64,000 nucleotides of DNA from Octopus sinensis (lineage: Eukaryota): NCBI RefSeq assembly GCF_006345805.1, contig NC_043003.1, positions 88,536,001 through 88,600,000 on the forward strand, given 5' to 3'. The notes beneath the pieces were generated by a model that worked only from the letters and a program-made list of their open reading frames with translations, searched no databases and had not been told where the DNA came from. Each line of letters begins with the position of its first letter. Position 1 is the first letter of the stretch. The translations under genes were made by a program, and so were the position numbers. Positions 24,491 through 36,159 of this stretch are shown here, one piece after another.

Positions 24491-25335
24491 TAAACATCAT
24501 ATAAAAATATATTGTACGCATAAGCTCCACTCGATGTTCCATAAGAAATTTAGAAATAAAAATTGCAATAAAAGTTAGAGGTAATAATAACAATAGAATT
24601 AAATATAGTAAGTAGTAATTAGAATAAAACTAAAGTATTGTAATTAAATCGTAATATAACAATTAAAAGAAAAAATAGCAATTAGTATAAAATGTATCAA
24701 GGACTTGAATTCGAGTATGTGGCTTTGCATGAATGGGAGAAATTAAAAGATAAAAAATTTAATTGAGTGCAAAAGTGAATTAGTCTAGATGGAGCTGTGT
24801 GCATACCATTTACTATAGCTACTAGATTGAATTATATGCTTATAAAGTAGCATTCAGTATCTATGAGAATTTTTGGGAGTACGTAATGTCTGGTCTTTCG
24901 CATGTAGCAGGTATGTAATTGTGCATTTGTTTCCATGTACTATGTGTTGTGTGTAAAAAACATCCTGACGAGGGGAGTGTCAATTTTAAATATATGATAT
25001 GTTACATATTAATTCGTGCATCTATGAACTTCTATGTATTTTTGTAAATTTGTATATTTATCTTCTATGTATTTTTCTCTGGAATTTTCATTCGTCTTTT
25101 TAATGTCATTGTATGTTTTATTACCCCAAATTTTTAATTTAACAAAGTTATACCAAACTAGCACTGTGACCCGGCGTTGCCGGGTCATAATGCTAGTATA
25201 TATATATATATATATATACACATATATTTATACATATATACATACATATATATACATATATATACACACACATATATATAAAATAAATATACATACATAT
25301 ATACATACATATATATACACACACACGTATATATA

Positions 25336-26403
25336 TCTATATATATAAAACTGAGAATGTGTGTCTGTCTGTGTGTTTCCCTAAAACTTGAGAACTACAC
25401 AACCAATTTCATTCAAATTTTACACATGCCTTACTTAGGGTCCAGGGAGTGTCATGGGCAAAAACATTTCCAACTTCTTGCCTAGGGCGAGCCCACAGCA
25501 ATATCGTTTCTTCTCCACTATTTCAGTATTACATGTTAAAAGTGAAACAAAAACATCTCTCTATTGTAATGTCAGATACTTTCACTTTAATACTGAAACT
25601 ATTAAAGTCAGACTATTATATAAGAGGGATGAACCATTAACAGTGGACATCCATTTTGCTAGAAGAACATCCGCTATTGTCTTATATGCTACACCACTGG
25701 TTTTCAATTCATATTAATCAAATTAATATTCAATTTCGCACCCTTATTATTTTAAATTTAAATTTAAACCCAGGACCATGTGTTTTGGAACGAAGTTTGT
25801 TACCACACAGCCACACCTGCACCTATGTATGTGTGTGTGTGTATAGCTGTATATGTATACATTTATTTCTATACATATACATGTATATGTGTAGATGTAT
25901 ATATATATATATATATATAGATGTACATGTAATATGTACACATATATATTCACATATATACATGCATACATCTATACACCCATACACACGTACACACACA
26001 CGTACATAGGTGCAGGTGTGGCTGTGTGGTAACAAACTTGGTTCCAAAACACATGGTCCAGGGTACAGTCCCACTGTGTGGTGACTTGGCATGTGACTTT
26101 TGCTATAGCCTCAGACCAACCAAAGCCTTGTCAGTGGATTTTGTAGACAGAAACTGAAAGAAATCAATCATATATATATGTATGTATATATGTAAGTCTG
26201 TGTGTGTGTCTTTGTGTTTCTCCCTCATCACTGCTTCTCAACTGGTGTTCGTTTATTTACATCCCCATAACTTATTGGTTTCACAAGAAGAAACTGATAG
26301 AATAAGTACCAGGCTTATCAAAATAAAAAAAAACCCCACTAGGCAGTATCTCATATTTTTGTTTGCCCACTCAGTTGTATCTATCAATTTCTCTTTGTGT
26401 GTG

Positions 26404-26474
<71 letters not shown>

Positions 26475-27111
26475 CATGTATGTATATGTGTACATTCATA
26501 TTTATTATATCAAAGACAATGTCTTTATGTGTTTGTGTATTACTTATACATTCGAAAACTGCTGCACCGATCATAATGAAATTTGGAACACAAAATCGAA
26601 GCCTTGGGAGAAGGGTAATGCTGTGTGTTTCATACGATTTCATGGACCAAAATTACTGAATGGATCCTTATGATATTTGAAACTTATATTTGAGCACATA
26701 TATTTGAACATATATTTCCTATTTCAAAGAAATTCAAACAACAGATATAAGACCCAAGTTAAAAAGATTCTCAACAATTCAACTCCTCTGGTTGACATTA
26801 AGATGCCCACCCCCAACAGGGGCCTTAACTCTCACTTTTTAGAGCTCCATGACCTCCATTTTTCAGGAGCAAATTCCTTTTAACAGGTTCAATAAAACTG
26901 GAATTTTGGAATATGCGCATAAAAATCAGTAGTATGGGATACATGTGGCACGATTATAATTTTGCTTGGGTGTGAAAAGAGGGAAATAACCCTCATCTGC
27001 AATTATGGTGAAATTCGAAACATAGGTATTCCAGTTCATTACAGAAAATATAATAGAAAAATCTAACTCTTCAATTGAATGTAACTCGGGCAACACCGGG
27101 TAACTCTACTA

Positions 27112-27112
<1 letters not shown>
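25336..27112 (+). mobile_element. Complete non-autonomous Helitron (~1.78 kb) with a captured SINE
   Basis: A|TC 5' end at 25336; 3' hairpin CTCGGGCAACACCGGG then CTAG|T at 27109-27113. Confidence 0.7.
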
Positions 27113-27169
<57 letters not shown>

Positions 27170-27363
27170 TGTAACTGTCTGAAGTGGTCATGACTTCTGG
27201 TACTTGACTGATGGAAAAAAGCCTAGAATGACCCGTCTTTTTTTTACCTGTCCTTCTAATTGTTGTTTCTCTTGTCCACCTTTGTATCGTCTATCTGTCC
27301 GAATGTTTTAATACTCTCTATTCCGTTTTTGTTCTATTTCTATATTTATATATATATATAAAG

Positions 27364-27570
27364 TTAATCCAAACATGAAAACACAAAGAGACAACACAAC
27401 AACGCGAGGACTTGGAACAAATATAGTATTATTGGACGCTCAGGAAGGAAGGGGCGTTTTACGTTTCGAGCAGAGCTCTTCGTCAGAAACATAGGAAAAG
27501 GAAAGATCCAGAGAAGGGAAGACGGAGGGAAAAAAATCGCCAACGATACACATGCGGTCACATTTTGAAT
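27364..27570 (-). mobile_element. Short non-autonomous repeat with a hammerhead-like core
   Basis: - strand CTGACGA-A-GAGC(TCT)GCTC-GAAACGT...GCGTC at 27486-27435; related copies at 35940-36130, 47150-47450, 54110-54355 and 54850-55050. Confidence 0.55.
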
Positions 27571-27875
27571 ATATATATATATATATCCGTAATAATGAAG
27601 GGTGAAATTAATTAATTTGGAATAATTATCAATTACACCAAGTAGTCTTCGGCATGTAAAAGCCTCATTCGAGGAAAATTTAAGTAATACTAAGCAATAA
27701 AGGGTTTAGCAACGAATTGCCTTACCACATACCGAATTTAGAAATAGCAGTCAAAGAGTTATAGCTATGTCTTCTACTAAAAAGGGAGATCTCAGTAAAA
27801 ACAGCAATTGGAAGGCAGACACAAACAGGTAAGAGAGAATGAATTGACGGCAATCTATCATACAATTTTAAGTTA

Positions 27876-27975
27876 TCTACGGACGCACGTTTCGAAATCA
27901 AGTTTTTAGGAAAGCATAAGAATTAAGTATTAAATAATTCTACCTTACCAAAACTTCTTTTCTCTTCAGCGTAGA
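27876..27975 (-). ncRNA. Type I hammerhead ribozyme (unit 1)
   Basis: TCTACG-CTGAAGA-GAAA..long stem II..TTTC-GAAAC-GTGC-GTC|CGTAGA. The core is fully canonical and stem I is 6 bp. Confidence 0.85.
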
Positions 27976-28468
27976 ATACTATAATCATAAATGATTATAT
28001 ATTGAATTTTGAGATACTAGAAGGCACCAACTCAACTCAGTATCAGAGCGAGCTAGAATCCGCAACTAGTATCACCAAATTCAATGTGTGAATGAAAAGA
28101 TTGTGTCACCAGCCCCTTCCCACCCGCGTGTAGCCAAAACAAGATGCTGTGGTCATCTACTGAGATAAAATATGGTTATCCATAATAATGAAGGGTGAAA
28201 TTAATTAATTTGGAATAATTATCAATTACACCAAGTAGTCTTCAGCATGTAAAAGCCTCATTCGAGGAAAATTTAAGTAATACTAAGCAATAAAGGGTTT
28301 AGCAACGAATTGCCTTACCACATACCGAATTTAGAAATAGCAGTCAAAGAGTTATAGCTATTTCTTCTACTAAAAAGGGAGATCTCAGTAAAAACAGCAA
28401 TTGGAAGGCAGACACAAACAGGTAAGAGAGAATGAATTGACGGCAATCTATCATACAATTTTATGTTA

Positions 28469-28568
28469 TCTACGGACGCACGTTTCGAAATCAAGTTTTT
28501 AGGAAAGCATAAGAATTAAGTATTAAATAATTCTACCTTACCAAAACTTCTTTTCTCTTCAGCGTAGA
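28469..28568 (-). ncRNA. Type I hammerhead ribozyme (unit 2)
   Basis: Identical to the unit 1 motif, 593 nt upstream on the - strand. Confidence 0.85.
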
Positions 28569-28785
28569 ATACTATAATCATAAATGATTATATATTGAAT
28601 TTTGAGATACTAGAAGGCACCAACTCAACTCAGTATCAGAGCGAGCTAGAATCCGCAACTAGTATCACCAAATTCAATGTGTGAATGAAAAGATTGTGTC
28701 ACCAGCCCCTTCCCACCTGCGTGTAGCCAAAACAAGATGCTGTGGTCATCTACTGAGATAAAATATGCTTTATTGCTTAGTATTA

Positions 28786-28849
<64 letters not shown>

Positions 28850-28853
<4 letters not shown>

Positions 28854-29220
28854 AATAAAGTGGAAGGGGTACAGTGAACTTGCCATGTGGAGTGGAATAT
28901 CCAACGTTTTGGATTCAATCCTTCATCAGGGGGCAGAGAAAAAATACATCCTCTCAGCTTGAAAAACTGGATGCAATTGATAATGGGCGCAGAATAACAC
29001 TGGTTGCTAATGTGAAACAAAAGTTATAGGAGAGGACATGCAGAAAGGAGAAGGAAAAGGGTGATGGAGAGAGTAGAGGTAAGTAAATACAGGAATGTTG
29101 CAGAGAGAGTGTGGAAGGAGCATTGAAACAGGTAAAATAGAATTAAGAGGAGGTGAAAGGATGAAAGGAAAAATGTTCATTCATACCTTGCCGACACAGA
29201 ACTATCAGATTATTGCCTGA
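28850..29220 (-). mobile_element. PLE pLTR-like remnant with an inactivated minimal hammerhead
   Basis: - strand CC-CTGATGA-AGGATTGAATCC-AAAAC-GTT-GG at 28931-28901 (G12 changed to A). Confidence 0.45.
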
Positions 29221-29261
29221 TTATTCTACATACATATATATATTATATATATAAATATATG

Positions 29262-30040
29262 ACCTTCGAACTTTAGGTCTCACTGAGGAAATGACTAGAG
29301 ACCGAGTCCTCTGGAAGTGTGCTGTGCACGAGAAGACCCGGCAGGACAAGTGAGTCCATAACCCATGGCCTTCTACTTGGGATGGAGCCAGCCTATGTAT
29401 GCATACCTTCCCTTCTTGGGACACAAAACTCTACTTGTGAAGACCTGTTGAGGCAAGTGAGGATCAGAATCGAAATCGATCAATGGAAATTGCAGATGTG
29501 ATACCAGTGCCGGTGGCATGTCGAAACTCTACTTGTGAAGACCCGTTGAGGCAAGTGAGGATCAGAATGGAAATCGATCAATGGAAATTGCAGATGTGTT
29601 ACCAGTGCCGGTGGCATGTCGAAACTCTACTTGTGAAGACCCGTTGAGGCAAGTGAGGATCAGAATGGAAATCGATCAATGGAAATTGCAGATGTGTTAC
29701 CAGTGCCGGTGGCATGTAAGAGAACCTTCCGTTTCGCGACCGTTGCCAGCACCGCCCCGTTCCGTGTCCGTTGCCAGCCTCGCCTGGCCCTTGTGCCGGT
29801 GGCACATAAAAGCACCATCCGTTCGTGGCCGTTTGCCAGCTCTGTCTGTCACCTGTGCGGGTGGCACGTAAAAAGCACCCACTACACTCACGGAGTGGTT
29901 GGCGTTAGGAAGGGCATCCAGCCGTAGACACACTGCCAGATTTGACTGGGCCTGATGAAGCCTTCTGGCTTCACAGACCCCAGTAGAACCGTCCAACCCA
30001 TGCTAGCATGGAAAGCGGACGCTAAACGATGATGATGTAT
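29262..30040 (+). mobile_element. RTE 3' end/UTR containing a 3 x 98-bp internal tandem repeat (29425-29718)
   Basis: ctacttgtgaagac units at 29431, 29529 and 29627; (GAT)n tail at ~30028. Confidence 0.85.
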
Positions 30041-30437
30041 ATATACATACATATATGTACATACCTACATATATATGTATATATACATACATATATGGGT
30101 ACAGGACATTAAAAAAATATTGAACACAAGAGAAATGAAAACAAAAACAAAAACATAGAAATGAACTTTTTTTTGAACAACGAAAAAAATAAACAGAGAA
30201 ACGAGACACACAACATAAAGAATATTCCCCTTCTGTTTCAACGAAGTCGTGTCTTGTCCTTGCCTTCGAAATGTGGAGTAGTTGAAACAGGGACAACTGA
30301 TAATTGTTTTTTAGAGAATAGAATATTCTGCTGTACATAAGGAACAAATTCTGTCTTAGGGATGGTAAGATTTTGCAATGGTGAATATTTTCCACCAAAT
30401 TTTGAAACTAATATTGCTATCTTTTAATTTCCAAATA

Positions 30438-32251
30438 TTGGGTTGGCAACTAAGTTCCCGCAGTTTTTTAAATTTTTTAATTTATTGTGTTTTTCAATTT
30501 TGGTATCTATTTGTTTCAAGAATTCTATTTTTGAATCATTTTGGAATGTTTTCTTTTTTCTAGTTAATTTTAGTTAAGTTTTGTTTATTTTCAGATGATT
30601 AAAATGGAATGTTAAGTTAAGAAAAATGACCATTTTCGACACCTCCTTCTGTTTGCTTTTAATCAAGGTTCTAAGGCCCCAAAAGCTGCTCACAACATTT
30701 GTGCTGTGTATGGAGAGGGTGCCATAGCTGAAAGAACCACTTGTGATTGGTATGCCAAGTTCAAAAATGGAAATTTTGACCTCAAAGACACACCTCATTC
30801 TGGCTGTCCAGTTGAGTTCGATGAAGAGCGATTAACCCTTTCGTTACTATATTTCTGACCAAAATCATGAATCTAGGCTTGTTTCATTAAATAACTGTAA
30901 CTTTTTTACTTATCAACATATTAATGTGATATTTGGAACATAATTAAAGAAAGGGTTCTTAATCAATTCTATTGCATAACTTTTGTCTCAAAGTGACTTT
31001 AATTACAGGTAAATCCAGGTAAATTGAGCAAAAGGTAAAAATATTAAAATTTTAAATGAGCAAAAGGTAAAAATATTAAAATTTTAAAATGAGCAAAAGG
31101 TAAAAATATTAAAATTTTGTTTAAACATCACCATAGAAAATGAATCATCAGCTAATATTCAAATGGGTATGCAACAAAATTTTGATAAAGAAGAATTGTG
31201 CACATCACTATATCATCAGTTGAATTTAATGCACAACAGGTGTACCATAAAGGTGGAATAAACTGAAATATTGGAATCCACCGTAAGTTTGACCGAACTA
31301 AAGAAATCAGTCAAAAAATAATATACAGCCCTGGTTATGGTATGGAAGTGATAAATTCCATACCACATCATACCCTAGGCCATGCTGACTAACATTATTT
31401 TCCCTGTATAAAAACTAAATCCACGCAGTACCCAGTATTTGCTTCACAAATTTTCCAAAATTTGAACCCCCATTTTGTGTTTGTTTACATTCTGCATAAG
31501 TTTGTTTCCGCATTGATCGCTTCAAACAATAACTTCCAGACCACATCATACCCTAAGCCATGCTGACTAACATTAGTTTCCCTGTATAAAAACTAAATCC
31601 ACAACAGTACCCAGTATTCGTTTCACAAATTTTCCAATTCGGAATCAATGCTTGATAACATGAAACTCCTATCTATTTTCAAAGTTGAAGAAAAATCGAT
31701 GCGAAAAAAATGTGGAAAAAAATCTCCCAAATTTCAGGGAATTAAAATTACACGTCGATCTTTGTACAAAACTGTAGATGAACTGTTTACGAAGCATAAT
31801 CACGTGTTTTCACGAATGTACTAAAGAGATTTGCTCTGATATTCTCATTTAAATATGAATAGGTAAATTCGGGCGGCTTTGGGCGGTTTGGTCACATTAA
31901 CCAAAATTTTTTTCGCGCGTCTTTGGTAACAAAAGGGTTAAACCAACTTTTGCCCGAAAATTCTCATCGAACGACAAGGGAATTGGCAGAGAAAATGGAA
32001 TGCTCCCACACTGCTATAGAGAAGCATCTTCACTCAGTGGGAAATGTTCAGAAGTATGGAGCATGGGTTCTGTATGCTTTAAGTGACAACAATAAAAATC
32101 AACATGACTTATTGAAAATCTTGTTGAACGTTGAGAAGAAGTTGTAAACAACAAGGGTGAATACATTATCGATTAATTAGTTGTTATTTTTTATTAAACC
32201 TTTTAAAAAATTTAAATTTTAAAAAACGGCAGGAACTTAGTTGCTAACCCA
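30438..32251 (+). mobile_element. Internally deleted mariner element interrupted by a piggyBac-type insertion
   Basis: TA-flanked TIRs TTGGGTTGGCAACTAAGTTC / GAACTTAGTTGCTAACCCAA. Transposase N-terminus ...WYAKFKNGNFDLKDTPHSG.PVEFDEERL resumes as LNQLL..RTTRELAEKM after the insert. Confidence 0.85.
30836..31937. mobile_element. Non-autonomous piggyBac element
   Basis: TTAA TSDs at 30832-30835 and 31938-31941; TIRs CCCTTTCGTTAC / GTAACAAAAGGG; internal tandem repeats of ~31 bp and ~178 bp. Confidence 0.9.
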
Positions 32252-32254
32252 ATA

Positions 32255-32700
32255 AATTTGCTAAGGCTTGTAGGATTCTGTTTAATTTTATTTCTAAAAG
32301 AATTCTCATTGTTTGAAATTCTGGTTTTCACAAAACATTCTGTCAAACCAATATAGTAGTGATTTTTCCTCCTGCTTCAATGATAGCTTGGTATATCAGA
32401 TTCTTACGTTTGCAATAATTGTTAAATTTGCATTTTTCTTTAATCTTACAATTGCATTATTTATGAAGATTATCTTTGGAATTCACTAAAATAGGTGGAT
32501 TTTTGGTGGTTATTTCCTCTTGATAAAATTATCTGAAATTATCTGAATTATTTGTGGCAGAAAGATAATGTGTGCTATTTCCAGAAGTATTTTTACGATA
32601 CTTGTAAAAATTATCTAATTTTGCATTATTAATTGAAGATGTATATCTAAATATATTTTTTTAGTTACTGGAAAACCATATCTTAAAATTAGCTATTAAT
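32255..32700 (-). mobile_element. PLE GIY-YIG remnant
   Basis: NLIYQAIIEAGGK..YYIGLTECFVKTRISNNENSF..PTSLSK. Confidence 0.65.
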
Positions 32701-32819
32701 AATTTCACTATACTTATTATAGTGAAGTGCCTGTTTATCAGTCTAGATATATATATTTTGCAAACAACTTGCACATGCAAGTGCTACCAGTCAAAAGTTC
32801 CACATACTGGAATCCAGCA

Positions 32820-33110
32820 AGTGTATGGGTTCATCAGGAGAGAATGTATGTGCACCCCCCACCTCTCTCATATGAGGCCCTGCTTGCTGGATCAACTGGT
32901 TATCAAATAAAGCACAATATTCTTCTAGCTCATCGTCTCTTTTTAACTAAATCCAGTGGCGAGCCTTTTCCACTGTAGTTTGGATATCAGTCATGGTGGT
33001 ATTTACTTTACTATGAGTTAGGCCTAACGATAACAACAGTCGCCTCACACTGTGTCCAACAAATCCTCTACGTCTGACTTCAATTAAATTAGTTTCAATT
33101 TGTTTGGCAA
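32820..33110 (-). mobile_element. HERO/NeSL-like RLE non-LTR 3' remnant
   Basis: IEVRRRGFVGHSVRRLLLSLG...VEKARHWI resembles the EVGCRGF..AE.AS.WIW C-terminus. Confidence 0.6.
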
Positions 33111-33228
33111 AAGGTAAGATTAGCCAAATAATAATCTCATTTATTTTATTATTAGTATGGTAATTCAAAGTTTTTGTTTTGGTGGATTCAATACAAGGTA
33201 TATATTTTCTATTTTTATTCTTTTAGTA

Positions 33229-33700
33229 TTGGGTTGTCCAGAAAGTTCATGCTGATTTATAGTAGCTTACCTTTCAACTTATTTTAGAACATGGTTGAGT
33301 CCATAAAATAGGATTTGACTACACCTCCATTTAGAGCACAGTTTAAGCTGTCTTTTCATGGAAGAAGGTTTATGTTCCTATAACCTGTGTTAATTCTGTA
33401 ACCCTTTAAAATGGAAGATAAGAAAGTTCATTTTCAGCACTTGATGCTTTTCTTTTTCTGTAAAGGGAAAAATACCTCACAAGCAACCAAAGAAATATGC
33501 ACAGTTTATGGTGATATTTCTTTATCCGAAATAACTGTACAGAAGTGGTTCGCAAGGTTCCAAGCTGGGGATTGTAGCCTTATTGATAAAGAGCGATCAG
33601 GCAGACCATCCACTACAGATGATGACTAAATCAAGTCATTAATTGAGAATAACCAACATTGCACAACCCGAGAATTGGCAGAAAGCCTCAACGTTAGGCG
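33229..33700 (+). mobile_element. 5' part of a mariner element
   Basis: TA|TTGGGTTGTCC TIR; MEDKKVHF...KWFARFQAGDCSLIDKERSGRP..TTRELAESL. Confidence 0.8.
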
Positions 33701-34900
33701 CCAGGTATATCTTGCCAAGGAAGAAATTTACCTATGTTCAGTGATGTGAAGACAGTGTGTGAGAGAAAATTGTGATGTCATAGGAAAGAAATGTGTCTGC
33801 ATGGATGATGGTGCACTTGCTTTTAATGATTCTGCAAAGATTAAAGTCTGCTGAATGTGGAGAATGGACAGGAGGAGGAGAGTCTGCCAAATGTTGACCA
33901 GCTACCTGAATTGACAGTACCTTTGTAGATAATAAAGCAATTAAGGATATGAAGACAGGGGAAGCCCCCAGCCCATCAAGAATCACCACTGAGATGTTTA
34001 AAATATCTGGCAGTGTAGGTTATGGTCTAGTCACTTGTATTGTAAATCAGGTGGTTCATTAAGGAGTCATACTCAATGACTGGTGTAGCAGCACCATAAT
34101 CACCTACTATAAAGGTAAAGGTGATGCCTTAGATAGAAATAGTTACAGAGGTATCAAATAATGAAAGTTTCAGAGAGAGTCATAGCCCAACTAATTAGGG
34201 AGAGAGTTAACCTAGATGAGATGCAGTTTGGTTTTGTGCCAGGGAGAAACACCACTGATGCTATATTTCTGGTAAGACAGCTACAGGAGAAATATGTAGC
34301 CAAAGATGAACCTCTGTACTTGACTTTTGTTGACATGGTCCCCCGATCCCTCATCTAGTGGTCAATGAATCACTTATAGCTGAATCACTACCAGAACTAG
34401 AGAAGAAGTTCCTGGTATGGAAGCAAGGTCTAGAATCAAAGTGTCTTAGAGTTAACCTAGCAGAAACTAGTGTTAGTAACTAGAAATGCAGACAAATCAC
34501 AAATCCCTTCAAGTAGATGGCTCTACTTGATCTGTAGTAAAGGCATAGGTAGATGTACCTGGTGTAAGCTTTGGACACATAAAAGGTGCAGCAATATCAG
34601 AGGAAGGTTAACAGGGAAACTAGCTTTTGTATGTGGAAGATGCACAGGTACAATAAACACCAAAAATATACAGAAAGCAGACTCCATCAACTGCCAGGGG
34701 GAAAGCTAAAGGTAGTAGCGGAGGTGGATACCCTGAGAGTGTAGCAGTGAGAATGTTACATGGCAATGAAACATGGGCTGTGACAGCCAAAGACATGCTT
34801 AAGCTTGAAAGAAATGAAGCTAATGCAATGTAAATGTACATACATGACAGAGTTTAAGCATGTTGAGAGAAAAATTAGGCATAAGAGGCATCAGATATCA
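33700..34900 (+). mobile_element. Degenerate RTE LINE RT fragment
   Basis: [34 protein letters not shown]. Confidence 0.85.
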
Positions 34901-36159
34901 GAGGGACCATAGAAATGAGTGATGGTATTCAGTACCTGAAAAGAAGATTACAGTGATTGTTTGATAACAGACATGTCACATCAGTTGTTCTCGTTTTAAC
35001 CTATCATCATTCAAACATGTTAAAATTGTTGTCTCTATTGAAGATGAGTGTAATGTAAGCATTGTAAATATTAGTGTTACTGCTGCAAATCTAAATAGGT
35101 CAATGTTTAAATTAAGTAAGTAAAGGAGCTGCTATTGGTTAGTCCATTATATATAGAGAGAAAGAGGTAGGTGGTTTGTTAATTTACTAAGTAACACATT
35201 CTTTTGGTGCATGCAGTAGTGTGTATGATTGGTGGTGGTGGGGAGGGAGAGATGGAGGTATGCAAATCTTCTGGTACAGAAGTGAGGCAGAGCCCTGTAT
35301 GAATTACCAGTATAAGAGAAGAGACTTCCCATATAGGTGGTGGAGGCAGGAATGGGTGGGCACATCGCAGACAAACAATGGCCACAAGAAACAGAAATTG
35401 CAATAAGATGACATTAATGAGACAGGGAGAGAGAGAGAGAGACTTCAAAGACTTAATCTCTGGAGGAAATCTTGACAGAGGATAAATGAGAAACATGAGC
35501 TATAAGACATGGCGAGAATCATGGCAAAGTATGTGAACACATGAGTTATGAAATGGGGAGAGATTTTGCAAGGATTTAAAGAATTACGATTTGAAAGTTA
35601 TTTGATGAATTAAAGAATTACAAGTTATATATATATATATACATATATATTTATATATATATAAACTTGAAGAAAGTTCAGGGTTGTGGGTCCAACCCAC
35701 TAAGGGATAATATCCATCCAATATACTATTGATATAATACCCAATTATTAATACACAAGTGTTTTTTATTGCATTTCAATTTACCTCATGTATTAAATGG
35801 GTGAAGGTAAAGAGATATTTTACCATTAATTTATATTGCAAATAAGAAAATGGAGGAGCACATTAGTTGGTTCATCAACTTTAGAACCAACTATTGTGCT
35901 CCTCCATTTTCTTATTTGCAATATATATATATATATATCATTCGCCATGATAGATCGCTAGCCACTACACATTCTTTATTTTCTCTCTGTTTCTTTCTGT
36001 GTTCCTTTCTGTGGAAGTGCATAGGCTCGAAATGTTAAAGACTTTTTCATTTCCCGAGCATTATACTAATACATCTGTTTGTTGTCTACACCACCTATCT
36101 TTGTCTTTTGTTTTTTTGTGAATTCTCCCTATATATATATATATATTAATGAGACTCTG

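Larger units (their letters stand above)
27591..28771 (-). repeat. Near-identical tandem duplication, 2 x 593 bp (PLE-pLTR or retrozyme-like)
   Basis: Units begin at 27591 and 28184 with only ~4 substitutions seen. A 22-nt inverted copy of an internal segment lies at the 5' junction (28769-28790). Confidence 0.9.

Noticed and set aside
29425-29718. Regularly spaced repeats as a possible CRISPR array (also 31021-31120)
   Set aside because: Contiguous tandem units without unique spacers, in a eukaryotic context with no cas genes.
34930-35020. Very degenerate hammerhead-like string on - strand
   Set aside because: Both core segments are mutated; not supportable.
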